Assembly (NCBI GenBank): GCA_964016885.1
Contig: OZ024743.1
Span: 199,206,001-199,270,000, forward strand
From: Eledone cirrhosa
Lineage: Eukaryota
DNA: 64,000 nt
Direction of reading: 5' to 3'
The position numbers were made by a program, and so were the translations under genes. Below, piece after piece: positions 27,406 to 37,566 of the stretch (position 1 is the stretch's first letter; every line of letters begins with the position of its first letter). The notes under the pieces are model-generated. The model worked only from the letters and a program-made list of their open reading frames with translations. It was not told the origin of the DNA and searched no databases.

Positions 27406-27957
27406 GGTGTGTGTATGCATATATATATATGTGTGTGTGTGTGTATGTATATATATATGTGTGTGTGTGGGGGGGAAAGAGAGAGGTGGTAGTGGAGAAT
27501 AAGAAGAAGAGAGAAAAGAGGCAGAGATTTTTAAAGATAATTGAGAGAATGCAATAGTTGGAGAAGGGTCAGAGACAAGATTGGGGTGATGAGAGGGAAG
27601 AGGATGAGGCAGACGAAGGGGTGGAGGAAGAGCAAGAGAATGAACAGGGGGGGGGGGGAAATGAGAGGAAAGGGTGAAGGACAGAGAAAGGAAGAGATGA
27701 AAGTGAAAGTACTAGGAACTTATAGAAAGTATGGTTAAGAGAGAGAGAGAGATAAATATAGGTATACAGAATGACTGGCTGAGGAGGAGGAGAGAGCAAG
27801 GGGGGTTAGTAAGGGAGAGGGAGAGAGAGTGAAGTAGAGGGGGGAGAGAGTGAGGGAGAGGGAAATAAAGGGAGGGAGAAGGAGAGAGAAAGTGAGGTAC
27901 AATTCATGAAATATGGGGCAGCAGAGAGAGGAGAAAAAGAGAGGAAGAGAGGAAATG

Positions 27958-28050
<93 letters not shown>

Positions 28051-28410
28051 GAAATAATAAAGAGAAATATAATGATTAGTGAGGTTGAGGTAGAAGAAGG
28101 AGAGCAATACATAAAGTCAAAGTGCATGTATATATGTATTCTTATATGTATATATAAATGTCTTTTCTGTATAGGTATGTGTGTGCACATGTGTGTGTAT
28201 GTATGTGTATGTGTTTGGAAGGGGTGTATATATGTTTGTGTGTGTATGTGTGTATGAGTGTATGTGTGTGCACATGTGTGTGTATGTATGTGTATATGTG
28301 TTTGGAAGGGTTGTATATATGTTTGTGTGTGTACATGAGTATGTATATGTATGTGTGATGGAAGGGTTGTATATATATATATATATATGTTTCTGTGTGT
28401 ATGTGTGTAA
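26910..28410. repeat. Compound (TG)n/(TA)n/(GA)n microsatellite and purine-rich region
   Basis: Direct reading. Confidence 0.95.
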
Positions 28411-28689
28411 TGGAAAATTGCTAAAGCTGGTACAATCAAGAATAGGATTCAGATAATATTTGTTTGATGAAAGAAACTCTCCTCACAAAATTAGCAATAT
28501 CTCTTTGAATATGGCTGTCGATGTCTAAATTTAACAATTAGCATATTCTCATATTTTTTCTTTCAGATTTATTTAACCCTTTTGTTACCAAACCTGCCAA
28601 AGCCATCCCTGGTTCTATAACATAAATCTTTTCATTTTAATGTATTCATATTTATCAAAGAAAAAAATATCCATCATAATCATATTTAA

Positions 28690-28910
28690 CCCTTTAGCAT
28701 TTAAACCGGCTGTATCTGGCCAGAATTCTCTAGTCTGTTTCTGTTCAAACCGGCTGTAACTAGCCACTCATATTGAAGTTAAGGTATTGTTCTCAAAATA
28801 AATAATATCAAAATCTCATAGATTTGATATTAAGAGGGATATAATGTGAGGTAAAAAATGTGACTGCAAGAATACAATAGTAAATAAAGAGTAATGTAAA
28901 TGCTAAAGGG
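28690..28910. mobile_element. piggyBac-type MITE, 221 bp
   Basis: Perfect 14-bp TIR ccctttagcattta / taaatgctaaaggg with TTAA on both sides (28686-28689, 28911-28914). Confidence 0.9.
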
Positions 28911-28959
28911 TTAAGAACATGTTATAATACGAACACCACTTTAAAAATTCTTTCTAACA

Positions 28960-29325
28960 TTGACATAAACCTAGCAATTATGGGTAGAGGAAGTTCAATT
29001 TTATTAACCCTTAGTATTTAACTAACACTTCATTTTAACAACCCTGGAAGAATGAAAGGTAAAGCTTACCTCAACAGGATTTGAACTCAGAATATAAAAA
29101 TCATAACTAAATGCCATACAGTACTATGTCTGATGCTCTTATAATGTTGCCAATCCTTCAGCTTAATAATGATTTCTAAATTTGGCTTTATATTGACTGG
29201 TACTTTATGTTATCTAGGTCGGAGGCATGAAAAGCAAATTTGACCTCAGTGAGATTTGAACTTATATGTAAAGAACCACAACTAAATACTGCATAGCATT
29301 TTGTCGAATGGTCTAATCGATCTGT
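28960..29325 (-). mobile_element. Two old family-1 SINE copies
   Basis: Degenerate atgaaagg.aaa...ggatttgaactcag motifs. Confidence 0.65.
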
Positions 29326-29784
29326 CATTTCAAACACTGAATTAATAACGAGAATGTTAATTTTCTTACTAAAGTTTCCCAAGTGGTTGAGTATTTTCAA
29401 AATTATTTGAAAAACTTAGGCAGTGTCTTTCCTTAGAAATATGGCAATGAAAGTGTTGACTTCTTCAAACCAGTCATTACCAATGTTAGAGGGCTTTTTT
29501 CATTAAAGTAAGAGAGGTCCCACAATAAATCTTTACTCTACATACGTACTGAGTTGCCTCTTTCTTAGAAGTAATAACATATACCACACCTGAATTAGTA
29601 TTCTTCATATATAACTTGATGATCGTTTTTATGTTTTTGATCATGACAAGGATTGGATGAGACTTTTTTAAAGGATGTTTTTCTATGATTCTTTCACATG
29701 ACAACTAATATTTTATTTCTAAATGTAGTATATACAATGTTAAAACAGGCTTATACTCCCCACCTCTCTGTCTCATATTTATAT

Positions 29785-30038
29785 ATCACCTTGACCGACC
29801 AGTCTATCGGGCGTCCATTCGGCGCCGCTGGTCACAGCACGTTGTGCTGTTTTAGCCATAAGACAACACCATCCCACTGGCTGGGCGGGCAGGCCAGTAC
29901 ATCTTCATCTCATTTCTACAGCTTAGTAAACTGGAGCATCGCGAAATAAAGTGTCTTGCTCAAGGGAACAACACATCACCCGGTTCGAGTATTGAACTTA
30001 CAACCTTCCGATTGCAAGCCCAATACTCTAACCACTAA

Positions 30039-30042
<4 letters not shown>
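29785..30042 (-). mobile_element. Family-2 tRNA-derived SINE
   Basis: Minus-strand head atggcttagtggttagag...gttcaatactc, central cttgagcaagacactttatttc. Confidence 0.8.
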
Positions 30043-30082
<40 letters not shown>

Positions 30083-30085
<3 letters not shown>

Positions 30086-30586
30086 TCATCATCATCATCA
30101 TCATCGTTTAACGTCCATCTTCCACGCTTGCATCGGTTTGGACGGAAATTTTCCCACTTGAGGCAAGATTGGTTGTCCTGCTTGTATAGGACTGCCTGGC
30201 GGGTTTTCTACGGCTGGATGCCCTTCCTAACACCAACCACGTTTACAGTGTGGACTGGGAAGTTTTTACCGTGTTACCTACGCGACCACATTACAGCGTG
30301 GACTGTGTGTTTTTTTTGTCGTGACACTAACATGACCTCATTTATTTCGGACTGGATGTTGTGGTACCAACATAACTTTACATCGAAAGGGGTGGTGTGG
30401 ATGGGGTGGGGATAGTGGGAGGGGGGTGTATTTTTGTTAAGAGGTGCCTACTGACTGTAGGTTTCGCTTTGTACTTAGGTAAGGCGGGTCTTCTGTATTA
30501 CTGTGTAGCGCCAAAGATCTCGGTCCAGTGACATTGTCTCTTGGAGAGGTGTAAGTGTGTGAGGTCGGAATTTATCAAGTCGTCCC

Positions 30587-30587
<1 letters not shown>
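30083..30587 (-). mobile_element. 5'-truncated RTE LINE (ORF end, 3' UTR and (ATG)n tail) between (TA)n arrays
   Basis: [15 protein letters not shown] and UTR shared with the copies at 37567 and 56638. Confidence 0.9.
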
Positions 30588-30626
<39 letters not shown>

Positions 30627-30628
30627 AT

Positions 30629-30685
<57 letters not shown>

Positions 30686-30812
30686 TGTATATATAGTGTA
30701 TTTTGCAATACACTGTATGCTTAATTAAAAGCATTTCGAAGACCTTACGCTATGGTTTTAGAGTAGTGACAGTCTCACTTACTTTAAATTTTCAGCAAAC
30801 AAGGGGAGATAA

Positions 30813-30857
30813 AGCTGACAGACCTCTGTTTCGTACTTTTTGGTACTTATCAAAGCT
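30813..30857 (-). ncRNA. Type I hammerhead ribozyme, U3-A8 core variant
   Basis: agct-TTGATAA-gtac caaaaa gtac-GAAA-caga gg tctg-TC-agct; all three stems pair, GUC cleavage triplet. Confidence 0.8.
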
Positions 30858-31162
30858 AAGTACTCCACCTGTTTGCTGAAAATCATGAATGTTTGATTCT
30901 TATAGAATTCTAGTAATAATCAGGAACTGATTATACAGAGCGGTTGCCAGTCAAGCAGAAATTGAAAATTTGAATTGGTGCTCTGAAATAGCAAAATATA
31001 CTATATATACATTCATATATATATATCGCTATTTCAGAGCACCAATTCTAATTTTCAATTTCTGCTTGACCGGCAACCACTCTGTATAATCAGTTCCTGA
31101 TTATTACTAGAATTCTATAAGAATCAAACATTCATGATTTTCAGCAAACAGGTGGAGTACTT

Positions 31163-31207
31163 AGCTTTGATAAGTACCAAAATGTACGAAACAGAGCTGA
31201 GTCAGCT
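31163..31207 (+). ncRNA. Second-arm copy of the U3-A8 hammerhead (stem III weakened)
   Basis: agct-TTGATAA-gtac caaaat gtac-GAAA-cagagctgag-TC-agct. Confidence 0.65.
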
Positions 31208-31366
31208 TTATCTCCCCTTGTTTGCTGAAAATGTTAAGTAAGTGAGACTGTCACTACTCTAAAATAATAGCGTATGGTCTTCGAAATGCTTTTAATTAAG
31301 CATACAGTGTATTGCAAAATACACTATATATACATCCATATATATATCGCTATTTCAGAGCACCAA

Positions 31367-31436
<70 letters not shown>

Positions 31437-31441
<5 letters not shown>

Positions 31442-32541
31442 CAAGAAAAAAGAGTAACATGGTTCGCTATATAATAATTATATCTCACATTAGCACTCAT
31501 GATCTATAACAGATGAACGTAATTCTAAGTACATTATCTTATTACTCCTACACTCCTTCAAATCTCACTTTCCTCTTATTTTTATTATGAACATCTCAAT
31601 GTATCCCTAATATTATTCATCATGTTTTCTATAACTATCATGCATATTTTACTATTTTATTACCTGTTTTGTTTCTACTATTATTGCTATTATTATTGTT
31701 TTATTTATACACGATTGGTTATTGATGTTGTGAAAACTAAACCCCCATGATTCGAACTAACAATCCCTACTTTTAGTATAGGCCACTTAAATAATGAATC
31801 TACAACTCCACTTAACACCACATAAAAACTATCAATATCATGAAAATCTTTATATGTCAGACAATAAGGAAATCCCCGGTTTATTGCCAGCACACCTACA
31901 GCAAAGTACACACCTCCTAAATCTTGACCCCAAGTACATTTTAGTTGTCACTGTTATATCTCCGCCACCTTAACACTATATCTAACGTACTCTATAGCAC
32001 TTTTCACATGTCAATTTCATAAATTCTGTATAATATCCGTTCGTTTAACATGCTAGATTCATCATTATACTCTATTTCTTACTTATATTGATGTTATTAT
32101 TTTAGCTATTCACTATCTAGTTATTTTATTTTATTATTGATATTATTGTTCTGGTTTAATACCACTCCTATATAAAAGCCATGCCTTGTGTATATTCTTC
32201 ACTTTCGCGTGCTCTGATGAAAACGACTGGTTATAAACAAAGTATTGGAAATCGATTGACGCAAAATCAGGCGAGTAGCGAGCTCTAGACCGACCAGATC
32301 AACGAAACAATTGTCAGCACTGTGAATAAAGCCCTTATTATACAGCCAGCCATGTTACTCTTATTTCTTGAATTATTATTACTCCAAGTATAAACTACAT
32401 AGAAATCACCGCGAACTCGCAGCATCACTATGGAAACGTCTTGTTGAGTCAAACTAAGCCACACGTTAATACTATCCACTACACAGAGTACTCTAACTGG
32501 ACTACATCTAAGTGGACTGTCTATAAAGATAACCTGTTATC

Positions 32542-32545
<4 letters not shown>
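31437..32545 (+). mobile_element. Penelope-like 3' remnant with 40-bp inverted repeat and degenerate HHR, in (TA)n
   Basis: 31437-31477 is inverted at 32335-32374; TATATAAA at about 32169 precedes CTGATGA (32214) ... GAAA tcga tt. Confidence 0.55.
32207..32262 (+). ncRNA. Degenerate hammerhead ribozyme motif
   Basis: gcgtgct-CTGATGA-...-GAAA-tcga-TT-gacgc; palindromic stem III, but stems I and II pair poorly. Confidence 0.45.
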
Positions 32546-32585
<40 letters not shown>

Positions 32586-32600
32586 GTGTGTGTGTGTATG

Positions 32601-32756
32601 TGTATAGCGGTATAGACATGGCTGTGTGGTGGTTGAGAATTTCACTTCAAAACTGAATAGGTTTGTATTTGGTCCTACTGTATGGCACCATTGGTAAGTG
32701 AAGTCTACTATAGTCTTCAGGCAACCATTGACTTGTGAGTGGTGAGTGAATCTCGT
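32601..32756 (+). mobile_element. Old tRNA-derived SINE, family 3 (inverted twin at 33491-33646)
   Basis: gacatggctgtgtggt...tggcacc.ttgg.aagtg...ctactatag...cttgtgagtgg; a related degenerate copy lies at about 49790-49950. Confidence 0.7.
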
Positions 32757-32784
32757 TATATATATATATATATATAAACGTTTG

Positions 32785-32842
<58 letters not shown>

Positions 32843-32844
<2 letters not shown>

Positions 32845-33432
32845 TATAAAATAACAGGAGGCTGGACTGGTGTAAATCCTTGAAATGTTTATTATACTAT
32901 GATCATTTCAATGACCGGGTTCAGTATGAATCCGGTGACATCATCAGGTATTCAAAATATAACAAAGGAATATAACAGATAAAATCCATGGGGCTGAAAA
33001 TCAGAGACAAGAGGACGACCGACTATTTAGCAGCTTCTACCTCAGTCGGTTGCCCTCGAGTAGAAGCTGCTAAATAGTCGGTCGCCCTCGAGTGAGGTAG
33101 AGGCTGCTAAATAGTCGGTCGTCCTCTTGTCTCTGATTTTCAGCCCCATGGATTTTATCTGTTATATTCCTTTGTTATATTTCGAATGATATCACCGGAT
33201 TCACACTGAACCCGGTCATTGAAAGGATCATAGTATAATAAACCTTTCAAGGATTTACACCAGTCCAGCCTCCTGTTATTTTATAATAATTAACTCCGTA
33301 CTCGCACCACCAATACACAAACGAAGACGGGTGAATTCATTACGTTGAGTACTCTCCTTAATATTACATCGAGATTGACCATACGGAATGATCAGTTCTA
33401 TCCAGTGGTGAACCAACTAACCTAAATAAAAA
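32843..33432. mobile_element. Fold-back HHR-bearing mini-element in (TA)n
   Basis: Arms of about 200 bp (32843-33045 and 33090-33287) are inverted; duplicated centre; about 145-bp unique tail. Confidence 0.85.
32894..32951 (-). ncRNA. Type I hammerhead ribozyme
   Basis: atac-CTGATGA-tgtc accgg a ttca tac tgaa c ccggt catt-GAAA-tgatca-TA-gtat; palindromic stem III. Confidence 0.82.
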
Positions 33433-33490
<58 letters not shown>

Positions 33491-33491
<1 letters not shown>

Positions 33492-33642
33492 GAGATTCAC
33501 TCACCACTCACAAGTCAATGGTTGCCTGAAGACTATAGTAGACTTAACTTACCAATGGTGCCACACAGTAGGATCAAACACAAACCTATGCAGTTTTGAA
33601 GTGAAATTCTCAACCACCACACAGCCATGTCTATACCTCTAT

Positions 33643-33646
<4 letters not shown>
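33491..33646 (-). mobile_element. Inverted duplicate of the family-3 SINE at 32601
   Basis: Reverse complement shares the same truncation point and private changes. Confidence 0.75.
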
Positions 33647-33700
<54 letters not shown>

Positions 33701-33704
<4 letters not shown>

Positions 33705-33745
33705 ATACTTAGGGAGGGTCATGTTGCCAAACAAATTCAGAAACG

Positions 33746-33748
<3 letters not shown>
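33701..33748. mobile_element. 48-bp internally deleted derivative of the 58958-59212 element
   Basis: tgttatactt.gggagggtcatgttgccaa joined to caaattcagaaacgaaa, i.e. both ends of the longer element; flanked by (TA)n. Confidence 0.8.
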
Positions 33749-33797
<49 letters not shown>

Positions 33798-34755
33798 GTA
33801 TGTAACCATATCAGAATTTGATATCAGTTTTATCAAATAGAAAACGAAAAAAACAAATTTTCTACAGTTAAGCTGGGTTTTTATCAAGCAAAAATATAAA
33901 ATAAAATTAAATGAAAAACATATATAACATACAAAAGCATATACTTATCTTTCTTGTTAATGTCAATAAACACACACATGAGTGCAAATGTTCATACATT
34001 ATTTTGATGTAAGGGTCAGGGATATAAAAACACAGTGGTATAGCATGGTTATATGGAATTTAATATTTCAAAGCCCACCCAATACTAGATACTGTGTTAG
34101 GATATAAGAGAACATTTCAATCAGGTATATCAAACAAGAATGTTCTCAATGTATTTCCAACTACACATTCTTAAAAGGGAAAGCTTTTACCTATGTACAC
34201 AGATAATTTTGTATGTTTTCATATTAACGTGTGTGTATGTATATATGTAAGTATGTATGTGCATATATGTATGTATATATGTATGACCATAATTTTGTAT
34301 GTATGTATGCACATATGTATGTATTTAAAAATTACCAGAAATCATTATAACATAAATTCAAACATCATTTTATCAAATAAATGTAAAAAATTTAAATGCT
34401 GTTTGTATATAGGGGGAAAAGATAGGAAACAGTGTACACAGATATATTAATATATAGCATTCTTCCTGTTCATAAATACACACACACACACATATATATA
34501 GATACATATAGATAGATAGATAGATAAATGATAGATAAGTAGTTAAATACATACATATTTACATACATATGTACATATATAGATGCCTACATACATACAT
34601 ATATGTATAAACATATATGTATAAATGTATTCTGAGTTTTTTGAATATTAATAATAACATTCGATTCGTTTGCAATTATGAGAAGAAGCCTCATTTTTAA
34701 AGACATGTCAGTAGAATGAACCCTTCATTCTTGCTCTTGTGTTGGCATGTAAACA

Positions 34756-34805
34756 GAACTGCAGAAACTAATGTTTCTGGGTATCACCCTTCGTCAGTAC
34801 AGCTC
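34756..34805 (-). ncRNA. Hammerhead ribozyme motif (stem III degenerate)
   Basis: gagctgta-CTGACGA-a gggt gat accc a-GAAA-cattagtt-TC-tgcagttc. Confidence 0.65.
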
Positions 34806-35016
34806 ACTGTTCACCTGCCAACTGTCAAAGCTCGTATACAGGAAACTGACTGGCCAGTCTGCTGATATGCAAATCTGGCTGATCAATGGATCTGCTATTA
34901 TGCAGATCTGACTGATCAGCCAGTCTGCTAATATACAAATCAAGCCAATCAGTCACAGTATATTTTAGAAAATAGCATATATTTTCACTAGCTCTGACAG
35001 TTGGCAGGTGAACAGT

Positions 35017-35066
35017 GAGCTGTACTGACGAAGGGTGATACCCAGAAACGTCCGAGCCTGCAGTTC
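35017..35066 (+). ncRNA. Second-arm hammerhead motif (cleavage triplet mutated)
   Basis: gagctgta-CTGACGA-agggtgataccca-GAAA-cgtccgag-cc-tgcagttc; 8-bp stem I. Confidence 0.55.
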
Positions 35067-35444
35067 TGTTCACATGCCAACACAAGAGTAAGAATGAAGG
35101 GTTCATTCTACTGACATGGCTTTAAAAATGAGGCTTGTTCGCATAATTGCAACGAATTGAATGTTATTATTAATATTCAAAAAAATCAGATTACATTTAA
35201 TGTATACAACCATGTAGAGCGAAAAAAATATATATATATATAGTAATAATAAATGTAAAGACTTTAATCTGTGAAGACTTATAATAAATATATATATTTA
35301 TATATTTATTGTCGAGCTAATTTAAATGTGTAAACCCGGCTGCTATTTTTAGCAGCATATGTTTATGAGACATTCTAGGTTCTGATGCCATGTGCATTAT
35401 TTCATATTTGCACACTATTCAGTCTTAGAAATGGAGGGATTACT

Positions 35445-35528
35445 AACGTTTACACCTGAAGAGCAGAAAATTGGTAATTTCCTTAGCTAAATAAATTGCG
35501 AAACAGCTACCAAAGCTGTCTGGATGTT
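35445..35528 (+). ncRNA. Hammerhead ribozyme motif
   Basis: aacgtttacac-CTGAAGA-gca...tgc-GAAA-cagct accaa agctg-TC-tggatgtt; strong stem III and GUC triplet; stem I appears to have lost 3 nt on its 3' side. Confidence 0.7.
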
Positions 35529-35783
35529 TCAGGCAGTTGCCCAATATAGGTTTGTTCTTCTTTTTCTTGATTTATTACTTTAAATTGAGTCTGACGAACC
35601 ATATTGTTATAGTTAGTATTTTTTGCACCCTAGTGAACATGGTCCTTTACAATTAGAACACATGTATGTTTATATTTGTGTTTATCTCTCTTGTATATTC
35701 AATTATATTAAACGGCTCAGAAAAAAACTTCTTTCTTTGAGCTATTTAATTGTAAGAGACTATTTTGAGTTTCTAACTCAATA

Positions 35784-35858
<75 letters not shown>

Positions 35859-36199
35859 TATATATATATACATACTTACATACATATACTATCCTTATTG
35901 TATGCCAATTTCACCATACATGCAATCATTGGGGAGATTATCTCCAGCATAGGCTCTCAGCACTTTTTTGTGGTCACTCATCAACTCCTTCATGTGGTTC
36001 AGTATCCTGCATCCAGCTTTCAATTATGTCTTCTGTCTTCTCCAAAAAGTACATCTTTACTTCAACTGTCATTCTCCATACACATCACATGTCTTAACTC
36101 AGTCTTTACTTGTACACACTTCAATTGATTCCTTTTATAATGTTGCAGTCACATTCTTTTGTACAGCTTCATTCACTCACACTAACTGTATATTTCCAG

Positions 36200-36930
36200 T
36201 GATAAAATAAAGTACTTGTCTGGTCGTTTATTTCGAACCCCAGAAGTTAATCCCATTGAAGTCAGTTTAGCCTTTCACACATCTAGTATCAACAAAATAA
36301 AGTACCAGTAAAGTAATGGGATCAATTGTTTTAACTTTACTGACTATCCATGTTAGCCTGGAAAATGGACTTTAAATGATGATAATGACGTCTCTCTAAA
36401 TTTCCTTGTCTTGTGCCTAACTTAGAAACCAAATAACAATCAAATAATAACATATATACAATGTCTGAGATTAATAAGTCTCAAAACTATATTTTCTAAA
36501 CATTATGTATGTAGGCAATGGATTAGTAGTATCGGTAGAGTGTTGGACATCAAGCTTTGCAGTATAGAGTTACGACCCTTTAATGTCTGAGTTCAAATAC
36601 CACCAAGGTTAGCATTGCCGTTCATCCTTACAGGGTCGATAAAATAAAGACCCCGTAATGTTCTGGGTTTGATTTAATCGAATTTCCCCTCCCCTAAAAT
36701 TGTTGACCTTGTACCGAAATCAGAAACCATTATGTATGTAGACATAGGGCCCAGTAGTTAAGATGTTGAACTTGCAATCATAATGTTGTGGGTTTGATTT
36801 CTAGATAAAGTGTACATTGTCCTCTTGGGCAAAACACTTCCTTTTATGTTCCTCCAGTACACAGTACACTCAACTGAAAATGAGTACCAGCTGTAATGAG
36901 CACCAGAGTTAAGCCAGCAATGGACAACCA
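36200..36930 (+). mobile_element. Old SINE cluster (family 1 at about 36230-36430 and 36514-36732; family 2 at about 36740-36930)
   Basis: Degenerate consensus motifs. Confidence 0.7.
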
Positions 36931-37180
36931 ATGAAAAATGAAACCAGGAGAAAAAACACCAGCCTGATCAGCCTGATGGCTTGGAACAAACTTCAACTTT
37001 TTAACTATGAATGTAAGATATATGAAAAATGACTGAGTTATGTAAAAAACAGGGAGCCGAAGGGTGGATCAAAGTTGAAGTTGTTTACTTTGGTCCCTAA
37101 AATATAACCAGAAATATGAATAAACAAAGGTGCAATGCAAAAGAAATAAAACACAAACAAACAAGAAATACTTTTTGTAG

Positions 37181-37308
37181 TTTGGTTGAAAATAGATGCA
37201 GACAGAATGAAAGTTAGAGGTATCCTGTTTTACAGTGAACTCCAACGGGGTTGGAGCAAAATCACAAACGTAGAATCAGAAAACCTTAAGGGGCCACAGG
37301 GAACAGCA
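37181..37308 (+). other. Candidate host coding exon (unidentified)
   Basis: ctttttgtag acceptor, open frame WLKIDADRMKVRGILFYSELQRGWSKITNVESENLKGPQGTA, gtaagt donor; non-repetitive sequence. Confidence 0.3.
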
Positions 37309-37458
37309 GTAAGTCTAATTCTGATTCATTTCTTACATTGTTTCTAGATTTTGTTACAATAAATAAGACACACACCATAAAGTATGTGTGTATATATGTA
37401 TGTCAATGTTTGTGCATACACACACATACACACATATATATATATATATATATACATA

Positions 37459-37508
<50 letters not shown>

Positions 37509-37566
37509 CATACATAGACATACATGTATATAGATATATAAATATACACACACACACACACATATA

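Larger units (their letters stand above)
30680..31372. mobile_element. Fold-back HHR-bearing mini-element (Penelope pLTR/retrozyme-like) in (TA)n
   Basis: Arms of about 310 bp (30680-30992 and 31028-31340) are inverted; the right part also has about 60-bp terminal direct repeats (30991-31051 and 31314-31372). Confidence 0.85.
34622..35199. mobile_element. Fold-back HHR-bearing mini-element
   Basis: Arms of about 210 bp (34622-34832 and 34991-35199) are inverted; the spacer has about three 30-bp tandem units. Confidence 0.85.
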
